Part shown: positions 31,580-40,600 of the stretch, piece by piece | Position numbering within the stretch: position 1 is the stretch's first letter | How the letters are laid out: every line of letters begins with the position of its first letter | Source of the DNA: Saccharofermentans sp. | GTDB taxonomy: Bacteria; Bacillota; Clostridia; Saccharofermentanales; Saccharofermentanaceae | DNA: 64,000 nt | Assembly: GCA_045598625.1 (NCBI GenBank) | Contig: JAZLML010000076.1 | Location: 15,525-79,524 of the forward strand | Direction: 5' to 3' | Translations under genes and position numbers: made by a program | Notes under the pieces: model-generated | Seen by the model: only the letters and a program-made list of their open reading frames with translations | Databases searched by the model: none | Told to the model about the DNA's origin: nothing

Positions 31580-32731
31580 TCAGTTTTCTTCCTCTGCCTC
31601 AACAACGGTAAACTCGTTTATGAAGTTCTCGCTCTCAACCTGAGATACCGTAGATCTTGTCTTGATATCAATCTTGCAGCCGGTAAGTCTTGCAGCCAAA
31701 CGAACATTCTGGCCTGATTTACCGATGGCAAGTGAGTACTGATCGTCTTCAACAACAACCTGAGCACGATTCTCGATTCTTCCGTCGTCTCTTGTAAATG
31801 TTTCAACGTCAACACTGTCAACCTTTGCAGGCTGCAAAGCTGCGCTTATGAACTCAGCAATGTTCTCGCTATAGTCAACGATATCAATCTTCTCGCCGCC
31901 CAACTCCTGCATAATCTGCTGAACTCTTTGTCCTCTTTGTCCTACGCAAGCACCCTTTGCATCGATGTTCTCGCCTCTTGAACGAACAGCAACTTTGGAA
32001 CGTGAACCCGGCTCACGGGATACAGCCATAATTACTACTTCGCCTGCAGCGATTTCAGGAATCTCAAGTTCAAAAAGTTTCTTAACGAGCTCAGGACTTG
32101 TTCTGGAAACACGAATGGAAGGGCGACCGTTATGCTCCTCAACACACTGTACAAGGAACTTCATGCTTGTGTTGTGGTCATATATCTCATTCTTAATCTG
32201 CTGATCCTTCGGAAGAACAGCCTCTGCTCTTGCGATATCAACATAAACATATCTTGAATCCTTACGTTGTACGATACCTGTTGCAATCTCACCGATTTTA
32301 TCTGAGAAATCGGAATAGATTCTGTTATACTCAGCATCTCTTACCTTCTGGGAGATTGCGCTCTTTGCAGCTGTAGCAGCAAGACGTCCGAGCTTATCAA
32401 CGTCGAGACCTACTTCAAGGGAGTCACCGAGTTCAACCTCATCGTCCATACCCTTAGCCTCTTCCAAAGAAATCTCGTTATCAGGATCCAAAACTTCCTC
32501 TACAACCTCAACGAGCTTATAAACGAAGATTTCACCTGTTTCTCTGTCGATTTCGGCACCTACATCGTTAATTCCCTTAGCACTGGAGAACTCACGACGG
32601 AAACCTGCTACGATACCATCTTCGATAGCCTGAAGCAATACTTCCTCATCAAGACCTCTCTCTTTTGCAAGCTCTTTTGCAACGGTCAAAAAATTCTCCT
32701 TAGGCTCAGAATTATCAGTCTTTTTAGCCAT
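31580..32731 (-). CDS. nusA: Transcription termination factor NusA
   Basis: SREPGSRSKVAV, ACVGQRGQRV, LAIGKSGQNVRLAARLTG. Confidence 0.98.
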   Translation of the reverse strand: MAKKTDNSEPKENFLTVAKELAKERGLDEEVLLQAIEDGIVAGFRREFSSAKGINDVGAEIDRETGEIFVYKLVEVVEEVLDPDNEISLEEAKGMDDEVELGDSLEVGLDVDKLGRLAATAAKSAISQKVRDAEYNRIYSDFSDKIGEIATGIVQRKDSRYVYVDIARAEAVLPKDQQIKNEIYDHNTSMKFLVQCVEEHNGRPSIRVSRTSPELVKKLFELEIPEIAAGEVVIMAVSREPGSRSKVAVRSRGENIDAKGACVGQRGQRVQQIMQELGGEKIDIVDYSENIAEFISAALQPAKVDSVDVETFTRDDGRIENRAQVVVEDDQYSLAIGKSGQNVRLAARLTGCKIDIKTRSTVSQVESENFINEFTVVEAEEEN

Positions 32732-32751
32732 TTTTACAAACCTCCCGGCAA

Positions 32752-33225
32752 TTAAAATTCAATGTGTCTTACTGTTTTTGACATCTGTTCGTACTTCAAA
32801 AACATTGTTTTTGTTTCTTTGTTGTCCTCAAACTCAAAGACAACCCCTTCGTCGCTTATTTCTTTGGCATGTCCCGTAAAGTCCTTTACGCCGTCAACCT
32901 TCTCGAAAAGCGATACCTCAAGAAGCTCGTCCTGATAACGTACATAGTCCTCAGGAGTCGTAAGCGGCCTCGTAAGTCCCGGTGAAGACACCTCAAAATA
33001 ATCGGCATCATGCTCAACCTTCTCGTCCAAAATCGGATCTACGGCTCTCGAAAACTCTTCGCAATCGTCAATGGAAATTCCGCCCTTCTTATCGATATAC
33101 AATCTCAGAAACCAATACTGGCCCTCTTTCTTGTATTCCGCATCAACAAGTTCGAATCCCATCTCCTCCGCAAGCGGCTTGGATACATCGAATGCTGCCT
33201 GTGCTATTTTCGAACGTTTTGCCAT
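32752..33225 (-). CDS. rimP: Ribosome maturation factor RimP
   Basis: LRLYIDKKGGISIDDC, FEVSSPGLTRPL. Confidence 0.97.
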   Translation of the reverse strand: MAKRSKIAQAAFDVSKPLAEEMGFELVDAEYKKEGQYWFLRLYIDKKGGISIDDCEEFSRAVDPILDEKVEHDADYFEVSSPGLTRPLTTPEDYVRYQDELLEVSLFEKVDGVKDFTGHAKEISDEGVVFEFEDNKETKTMFLKYEQMSKTVRHIEF

Positions 33226-33240
33226 AAAACCTCCCTTAAA

Positions 33241-33271
33241 CGAACAAAAAACGGACCCGAAAGGCCCGTTT
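33241..33271 (-). promoter_or_regulatory. rimP-leader-type attenuator hairpin
   Basis: Minus strand AAACGGGCCTTTCGGGTCCGTTTTTTGTTCG between the promoter and the rimP RBS; a leader terminator before rimP-nusA is established in Firmicutes. Confidence 0.7.
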
Positions 33272-33298
33272 CATTGAAGTTAATCATAAAACATAAGT

Positions 33299-33328
33299 AT
33301 TCTACCATATGTGCCGATGTTTAAGCAA
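33299..33328 (-). promoter_or_regulatory. SigA-like promoter of the rimP operon
   Basis: Minus strand TTGCTT-N18-TAGAAT, extended -10 TG. Confidence 0.55.
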
Positions 33329-33467
33329 ACAAATTTTAAATATGTTAAATGTTCACAAATACGCACCTAAAATAACACAATTCGCTATTCAAATTACACT
33401 AAGATTCGTATAAAATAAATTTATCCAGTTATCCAATGGATAATATAAGCCAAAGGAGATATTTATT

Positions 33468-33875
33468 ATGATTAAGATTATTGCAGGTGCTAAGGGAACG
33501 GGAAAGACGGCTAAGCTTGTTGAGGACATCAACAGTGTTGCCGTAGAAGACAACAATGTTGTATGCATTGAAAGAGGCAATCGTCTCGACCAGTTATTGA
33601 ATCACAATGTAAGGCTGATTAACATCACGGAGTATCCTTGTTCCGGTTTTGATCAGCTTCTTTCGTTTATCGGAGGAATTTGCTCAAAGGATTACGACCT
33701 TACACACATTTTTATTGACAGCATTAAGAAAGTTGCAAGCTGTGAGGATTTTGACCTCCTTAAGGATTTCCTCATCAAGCTCGACGCTTTCCTCGCTGAT
33801 AAGAACATCAACGTTACTCTCATTATGACATGTGACGTAGACTCACTTCCTGAAGAAATCAAGCAGTTTTGCTGA
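33468..33875 (+). CDS. Small P-loop NTPase-like hypothetical protein
   Basis: GAKGTGKT Walker A and HIFID Walker-B-like motif in 135 aa; RBS GGAG. Confidence 0.8.
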   Translation: MIKIIAGAKGTGKTAKLVEDINSVAVEDNNVVCIERGNRLDQLLNHNVRLINITEYPCSGFDQLLSFIGGICSKDYDLTHIFIDSIKKVASCEDFDLLKDFLIKLDAFLADKNINVTLIMTCDVDSLPEEIKQFC

Positions 33876-33911
33876 TTTGAATATTTAAAACATATCTAAG
33901 GAGTTGGTTTT

Positions 33912-34355
33912 ATGGGATTAATGAAGGATTTCAAAGAGTTTATCAGTAAAGGAAACGTTATCGATATGGCAGTCGGCGTTATCATCGGCGGTGCTTTCGG
34001 TAAAATCGTTACTTCACTCGTAAACGACATCATCATGCCGCCTATCGGTAAACTTATCGGCGGTATCGATTTCAATGACATGAAGGCTGTCCTTTCCCCT
34101 GCAGTTTTGGACGAAGCAGGAGAAATCGTTACACCTGAGAATGCAATCAGATACGGTACATTCATTAACACAATTCTTGAGTTTTTGATTATCGCCATCT
34201 GCATTTTCCTTGTAATCACAGCAATCAAGAAGGCTAACGAGAAGCTCGCTTCCATGAAGAAGAAGGAAGAAGAAGCTGCTGCAGAAGAGCCTGCTGAGCC
34301 TTCAGAGGAAGTTAAGCTTCTTACTGAGATCAGAGATGCTTTGAAGGATAAGTGA
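33912..34355 (+). CDS. mscL: Large-conductance mechanosensitive channel
   Basis: FKEFISKGNVIDMAVGVIIGGAF, LLTEIRD. Confidence 0.98.
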   Translation: MGLMKDFKEFISKGNVIDMAVGVIIGGAFGKIVTSLVNDIIMPPIGKLIGGIDFNDMKAVLSPAVLDEAGEIVTPENAIRYGTFINTILEFLIIAICIFLVITAIKKANEKLASMKKKEEEAAAEEPAEPSEEVKLLTEIRDALKDK

Positions 34356-34381
34356 TTTCTAATCCAATCATCAAAAACTAC

Positions 34382-34413
34382 GGACCGCTTCCTTTTGGAA
34401 ACGGTCCTTTTTT
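34382..34413 (+). terminator. Intrinsic terminator after mscL
   Basis: GGACCGCTTCC-tttt-GGAAACGGTCC-TTTTTT. Confidence 0.85.
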
Positions 34414-34458
34414 GTGTTCCGGAATTATCGCGAAAGAGATATCAAGATTTATTCCATT

Positions 34459-34640
34459 ACCTCTTAGTAGACTACATATGCTTTAGATTATATATATTTG
34501 TACTTTCGGAATACCCCAAAAGTGTCTTCACGTTTCTCTATTGAATATCGACTAGTCTCGGGCATCAGATTTGCCATCAAATGGGTGTCAAATGATGGCA
34601 ATATTGATGTCAAGGTGAAATAAGAGGTCCAAACACCCAT
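34459..34640. ncRNA. Candidate structured RNA/DNA element with possible pseudoknot
   Basis: Nested inverted repeats 34459-66/34621-28, 34469-74/34553-58, 34561-79/34593-611; hairpin-loop ATGGGTGT is complementary to ACACCCAT at 34633-40. Family unknown. Confidence 0.4.
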
Positions 34641-34663
34641 GATTTCAGCAGAAACTTCGGAAA

Positions 34664-34697
34664 CAAAAAAACCGTCCGCAGTTTTACCTGCGGGCGG
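34664..34697 (-). terminator. Intrinsic terminator after the ArsR-family gene
   Basis: Minus strand CCGCCCGCAG-gtaaaa-CTGCGGACGG-TTTTTTT. Confidence 0.85.
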
Positions 34698-34735
34698 AAA
34701 AACAGAAGTGTATCAAAAACGCTTTTACTTTCTCA

Positions 34736-35251
34736 TCACTTTTTCTTCTTTTTCTTATCTCTATCCTTATCCTTGTTCTTTTTCTTGTCCTTATCCTTCT
34801 TTTTGCTCTTCTTACCCTTCTTAATTTCTTCCAAATCCGGGCTTACTATCAAAGACTTCGGCTCCGGAACGGAAGCTGTCTTTTTAAGAGCAGGAGCAGG
34901 CGCAGATACCTTCTTGACAGGAGATGCCGATACAGAAGGTTTTCTTGCTCTTACCGTCTTTACAATCGGTGGCTCTGAAAGAGATAAAACAAAGACCGAT
35001 AGTTCGTTTACTGTATCCTTGTTAATGGAATAGTATGTGCAACGTCCGTCTTTTCGAGCGGTGATAATCTCATACTCGGTAAGCTGATTCAAATGGTGGG
35101 ACAAAGTCGGTTGCGTAATACCGAACTCAGGCAAAATATCGATGGCACGAAGCTCACCCGCATTTGCAATTAGTTTTAAGATGCGAAGTCGCATAGGCTC
35201 CGACATAACTGAGAGTCTCTGAATCTTAAGTTCGGTCAAATTATCAGGCAT
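34736..35251 (-). CDS. ArsR/SmtB-family regulator with a Lys-rich C-terminal tail
   Basis: RLRILKLI, ITQPTLSHHL, RKDGR..YY winged HTH; tail KKGKKSKKKDKDKKKNKDKDRDKKKKKK. Confidence 0.88.
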   Translation of the reverse strand: MPDNLTELKIQRLSVMSEPMRLRILKLIANAGELRAIDILPEFGITQPTLSHHLNQLTEYEIITARKDGRCTYYSINKDTVNELSVFVLSLSEPPIVKTVRARKPSVSASPVKKVSAPAPALKKTASVPEPKSLIVSPDLEEIKKGKKSKKKDKDKKKNKDKDRDKKKKKK

Positions 35252-35264
35252 AAGTCCCTCCTGA

Positions 35265-35891
35265 TTATGCTATAAGCTGATCTTTCAAAGCTTCTTCAAA
35301 TTCCATAAGATTTGCGCAGGCAATAATCTCTGTGTTGTCCTCCAAAAGGATGTCATCCTCGCCGGAAACAAGAACAGTCATCGGAACACCGAGTTTTCGA
35401 AGAAGCAAAAGCTGGTATTCTTTACTTGCCTCAACTGAAAGGTACTTACAAAGCATTCTTAACACCTGCTTTGCGTCCTCGAGATATATTCCCGACTGAT
35501 GCATAAGACTGTCAACAACATACATTCCGAAAACGTCGTCAAAATCCAATACCTTCTTCTCCGGATAAACACTGGAGAAAGCCGTAAGTGCAAGCTTACT
35601 TACCAAGCCCAACTCATCGAAATCTCTAAATGGGATTTTAAAGCTCTTAACATTGGCAGAAAACAATTCGCGCATCTGCTCAACGGTTAAATCCTTCTTC
35701 AATTCTTTGATTCTGTCTATACGAGCGAAAATTTTCTCGCGCGGGAAGAAGGTCTCCTGACCTGTTGCCGTTGCCTTATGGATAAACCAGCACTCCGGAA
35801 TAAGGTTCATTCTCTTCCAACGATAAAGTGTTCCGTACGAAATACGGGCTGCACGTAAAAGTTGTTTCTTTGAAATCAATTCTTCCTGCAT
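35265..35891 (-). CDS. DUF4004 (YhbD-like) protein with a MerR-like N-terminus
   Basis: ISKKQLL..ISYGTLYRWKR.NLIP..WF..K.T.TGQETFFPR pattern. Confidence 0.8.
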   Translation of the reverse strand: MQEELISKKQLLRAARISYGTLYRWKRMNLIPECWFIHKATATGQETFFPREKIFARIDRIKELKKDLTVEQMRELFSANVKSFKIPFRDFDELGLVSKLALTAFSSVYPEKKVLDFDDVFGMYVVDSLMHQSGIYLEDAKQVLRMLCKYLSVEASKEYQLLLLRKLGVPMTVLVSGEDDILLEDNTEIIACANLMEFEEALKDQLIA

Positions 35892-36050
35892 ATCATCATC
35901 TCCAAAAAATATAGTTCCCGATATGCCTATTGTAATTCTCCTATGTTACAAATCAGAGTCACTGAGGTTTTATTCACAATGCAAATTGTTTCTTCCTACT
36001 CTCCGACAAAACCAGAGGTGCTGTCTGAAGAATTCCGAGAAGCCAGCTTA

Positions 36051-36464
36051 CAGTATAGATTTTGCGGAATTTGAATTTTCTATACTGCAAATCGCGAAAA
36101 CTAGGTTCATGACACAAGGAAAAGTAGTATAGAAACGTAGGAAATCAGGAAATAATGCTGCATTTTAAAAAAGCGTATAATGAGGTGCGAAAACATCTCA
36201 TCTATACGCCTTTTTGAAGAATCGACTCTTGGGAGATCCATGTATTTGTCAAATAAGCGTATAGATTATTCTTTATTTTCAAATCTATACGCTTTTGATG
36301 TTGCATCTAGGACAGTAACCCTAATCTGAAGTACCCAAAGGCGTATAGAATCGAAAAAAGCGTGGATTCTATACGCTTTTTACATCGCGGGGCATCTTAA
36401 GAACGTCCACAAAGAAGAAAAAAGCGTATAGATTAAAGCCCAAAAACCAATTCTATACGCTTTT
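36051..36464. repeat. Array of five ~36-bp palindromic units, four with an 84/84/83-bp period
   Basis: GCGTATA...TATACGC at 36173-209, 36257-292, 36341-376, 36424-460; variant CAGTATAGA...TCTATACTG at 36051-087. Confidence 0.9.
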
Positions 36465-36540
36465 ACTCAAAATCATTAAAAAGAAGTGCATCTAAGTAAA
36501 GAAAGCACAGCGGATTTGCAGAATTTCGATTTTTTCAGGA

Positions 36541-36581
36541 GAAAAAAGCTGTCCCAAAACCGCATTTCGGTTTGAGACAGC
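36541..36581 (-). terminator. Intrinsic terminator after the zinc-ribbon gene
   Basis: GCTGTC-cc-AAAACCG-cattt-CGGTTT-ga-GACAGC with an A-tract on the left. Confidence 0.7.
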
Positions 36582-36609
36582 ACCTTGTGAAATTCAATGT
36601 AACAAATTA

Positions 36610-37548
36610 TCAGATTACGGCACCGAAAATATCAAGAAATGCATCTACGATTCCGTATACGCCGCTCGGATTAATTGCATAAAGAACAATGCAAGCAGCA
36701 AAGAAAAGAATAATTCCGATGATGTAATAAGCGAGCAAAGCTCTTACAAACTTCTTTCTGTTCTGATTGTGACCTGCAAAAGAAAGAATAATTACTGCTA
36801 TAAAACCAGCTACAGGCACACCTGCAAGGAACAAAAGCCAGAAGTAAGAAGATGTCTTAAGTGGCTTAAACTGACTAGGAACGGAATCCTGAACAGCCTG
36901 TATTCTCTGCTGCTGCTCAAACTTAAGACGGCTCTTGTCAGCCTTATCCTGTGCCTTCTTGGCATCCTTCTGAGCTTTCTTCTCAAGCTTCTTGTCAAGC
37001 TTATCAAGCTTCTTCTGATTCTTCTCAGGAATGACCGCACCTGCTGCCGCTCCGGCAACTGCTGCCTCCGAAGGAATAACATCAAAAGCATCTGAAGGCA
37101 TTGTCTGCAAAGGCGCAGATTCAGAAACCGGTTCTGCCGTAACAGGAGCTGTCACAGGGGCTACAACAGGCGCTGCAACAGGAGCGCCAAAGCTCGGCTG
37201 TGGCTCGGCCGGTGCAGGAAAATCGAATACATCGGATGTAGCGTCCTCCACAAGAGGCTTAGTCTCAGGCACTGCAGGAATCACTTCCGGAATCTCTTCA
37301 GCTGCTTCTTCGGCTGCATCTTCAACTATTTCTTCAACAACCGCTTCCGTTACTTCTTCAGCCTCAACGATTTCTTCAGGAACCTCTTCTGCAGATACTG
37401 CAGGTTCTGATGAAGCTGCTTCATTAATTTCTTCTGATGCTTCCGAAACCGATGTTTCTTCGGCAACTATATCTTCAATTTTGGCTCCGCAGCCGGAACA
37501 AAATTTGCTTCCTTCAGCTACTTCGCTTCCGCAAGATGAACATACCAT
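36610..37548 (-). CDS. Zinc-ribbon membrane protein with an acidic Ala/Glu/Pro linker
   Basis: N-terminal CSSC...CSGC, long EEA/PA-rich region, Lys/Gln coil, two C-terminal TM helices. Confidence 0.85.
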   Translation of the reverse strand: MVCSSCGSEVAEGSKFCSGCGAKIEDIVAEETSVSEASEEINEAASSEPAVSAEEVPEEIVEAEEVTEAVVEEIVEDAAEEAAEEIPEVIPAVPETKPLVEDATSDVFDFPAPAEPQPSFGAPVAAPVVAPVTAPVTAEPVSESAPLQTMPSDAFDVIPSEAAVAGAAAGAVIPEKNQKKLDKLDKKLEKKAQKDAKKAQDKADKSRLKFEQQQRIQAVQDSVPSQFKPLKTSSYFWLLFLAGVPVAGFIAVIILSFAGHNQNRKKFVRALLAYYIIGIILFFAACIVLYAINPSGVYGIVDAFLDIFGAVI

Positions 37549-37607
37549 ATCCTTGCCCTCCGAAAAGTTTTGTTTAATTATAACACAGCCAATAAAAGAA
37601 TTTTAAC

Positions 37608-40600
37608 TTAATTTACTTCAAGGATAAGAATTTCGCCCGCCTGCAGGGTTTGTCTTGTTACGATTCGACCAAGTTTTCGAGTTGTAAGAAGTTCACCCGA
37701 ACTCGAATAGCGGCTTACCACAGAACCGTCCAAAGAAAGATTTATCCCCGAAAGAGTGAACTGCTGTTGCGTATCGGATGTATTTGCCACAACGAGATAA
37801 AGTCCGTTATCATTCTCGAAAAGGTACACTCCGACCTCCGAAGTGAACTCTTCTGCAGAATACTCAGCATTCTCATCAAGCGGGTCTGCAACGGTAACAC
37901 TTAATCTGGTTGAGTTTCCTATTGTACCCAAAGCTTCGATTGTATTAAACAGAGTGCTGAAATTTCTCATCTCAACAGCCGCATCCGGATACTGCTCGCA
38001 AAGTGCATCAAGATTCATGTCAGTCTCATAAAACGATCCGATATCGCTCACGGTTACATCTGCCGCAGGCATTCTGGTAAACAACGCTTCATCTGTAAGA
38101 AGTGCTGCCGCGTATCTTGCTGCCGTTATTTCCGTCGGACGCATGCCCGGAACCAAATCGTTACTGTTATATACGTACGAACTTATGCTTAACGAAGAAA
38201 TATATTCTCCGATATCGTTTCCTCTTCCCGTAAGTCTCGGAACCTGATAGTTAAAGTCAGAGTAGAGATTGTTGACATATGATATATAGTTAAAATCTTC
38301 GCTTGCCAAATCCTGCTCTATGTTCATCGAGAAAGCCCCCGCATGGAAGTCTGCACGCGACAATACCGTACCGCCGTCGTAGTTCATACCGTCCAAAAAC
38401 ACGACGCAGTCTTTTATATCTGTATAGTATTCGGACTGCTGAATTGCGCCGATAATATAATCTACATAGGCACTTCTCTGAAGATCGCTGTTAAACAAAT
38501 TGTTATCGTCATTTACTTCCACTACGATTTCCGAGAACTGTCTGTTCCATGGAACTGCCGTACCGTTATTTATTCTCATGATTCCATAGTCGGAAGATAC
38601 CGAACCGCAAAGATATTCCAAAGTCTTCTCTATGCTGTCGGCATTCGTATACGAATCGAAAACAAGCCACGGCAGAGCGTTTCCTGACTTGGCAAGACGC
38701 AAGGAAGTCTCGAGTTCTTTGAAATACGAACTGTCATTGGAAGATTCGGAGAGATTGTTGAATCTCATAATGTTAGGCGAAGCGCCTGTAATAATATCCT
38801 CAAAACCTTCCGGCAGTCCTTCTGAATCGTATTTATCAAAGCCCAAATAGATACCGTCTGCGTAAACACTTCCGATGCCGTCGAAAGAAATATTAAAGCG
38901 AATCTCATTCTCTCCTTTCAGCATGCTGTCCGTTACTGCAAACGTATAAGAATAAAGATTAAACTTGTCGCTTACTTCTTCGGCGGTAAATCCTATACCG
39001 TCTGCATTGGCGCCCGATATCCAAACATTAACCTTACCGTCCGAAAGATTTGTGGCTCTGAGCATTATATCGATTCGCATAAAGGAACCGTCAATAAAAA
39101 CATCTTTTCCGTTATTCGCAATAACCTGCGATACCGCATGAACACCTTCTCCGGAACCGCTCAACATAAGACTGTTCTCACCGAATCCCAAAGCGGCTTC
39201 ATCCGAAATAAGTGCCGTAGTTCCGTCACCGTAAGTTTCCCATGCATTTTCCATCGGAGTATTTACTTCCGACTCTATATAGCAAATATCTCCTTTTACC
39301 GTCTGATCCTCACCCAAAGCCTGATCCAAAGTAATAGAAGCGAAAAGTGATGTCTGATAAAGAGTGTTGTCCATATAAATAAACAGCTTGTTGTCTTTTC
39401 CGGCAAAAACTGCACGCTCTTCACCGATTTTCCCTACGAGAAGACGAAGTGTCTTATCTTCCGGACCAGTAACATACTCGTTTCCATAGCCGTCGGAAAG
39501 AATGGTCATACGGTTTCCCGTTACAACGATATACTGATTAGAATCGGGATTTATCGTAATCTGACCTTTCTCAAGAACTGTAATCTCATCACCGTCTTCC
39601 GCTATAGAAATGACATTTCCGTTATTGGTCAGAAGAACCGCACAATCCGAAGATGACGATACACACCTGACGCCGTCTGCACCGATTACTTCCTCAATTT
39701 CAGAGGCCTCCTCGAAAACCAAGCCGTTCCCGGTCGAGAAGCACTTGCCTTCTTTGGTAAAAACATAAAGTCTGTTATCGGTATTTATAACTTTGTCCGC
39801 AGTTCCCTCAATAAATACATCCGAAAACTCCGTACAACCGTCGGAACAGACAACCGATTTTCCGTTGTCGGAAATCACGAAAACCGTGTTCTTGATTGAA
39901 GCTACTCCCGTAATCGTTCCGAGTCCCGTAAAATCGTATGTAAGACCTCTGCTGAAATTGCGGCCGTCGGCCGAAGTATATAAAACACCTTCATCAGTCA
40001 CTGCGGTGAGGGTTTGTCCGTTTTTCGAAAGCCCTGCGAAAACAGGCTCAAATTCATCATATACATTGGCAAGTTCGCCCGAAGTAACATCTGATATAAG
40101 TTTTCCGGACTCGGTAATCGCTACAACGGATGAATCAGTGTTTATAAGCCTTACTATCGGATCTTGTGTCCAAAGCCAGCCTGAATCCTCAACTTCTTCG
40201 TTTGTACCGAACTGAAGTCTGCTGTAGTCCGTAACGTTAGCCTGAATACGAAGAAACATACGACCGCTCTCGTCGATGGAATAAATACGTGCGGTGCTGC
40301 CTATAAGTTGATTGGAATTAATCGTACCGTTAATACTGTCCGGCTTAATAAAAATCTTATCGCTTGAACCGTCGGCAACGGTAAAAACCGTAAACTCTGA
40401 AGACGCCTCGAACGAAGAATCTTCTATAAGATTATTGGAAGGAAGACGGTCAAAATTAAGTCCTATACCTTCGTAATTCTGAATATGATTACCGTTACGT
40501 TCGATTCGTATGCTGCAAAGTGAAGTATTTCTTCCGAGAACACCCGCACCGATAAGAACCACCAAAGCCATAGCAATGATGACAACAACGATTGAAAGGA

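Noticed and set aside
34586-34612. CtsR heptad repeats (GTCAAA-like)
   Set aside because: Poor match and spacing, and the site is downstream of both flanking genes.
36170-36430. 84-bp units as a 28-codon protein repeat
   Set aside because: Stops and a frame slip interrupt the frames I translated; linkers show no amino-acid conservation.
36051-36464. Canonical CRISPR array
   Set aside because: No contiguous 23-47-bp identical repeat; conserved parts are ~10-13-bp arms split by a variable loop; no cas genes in the window. Kept as an unexplained array.
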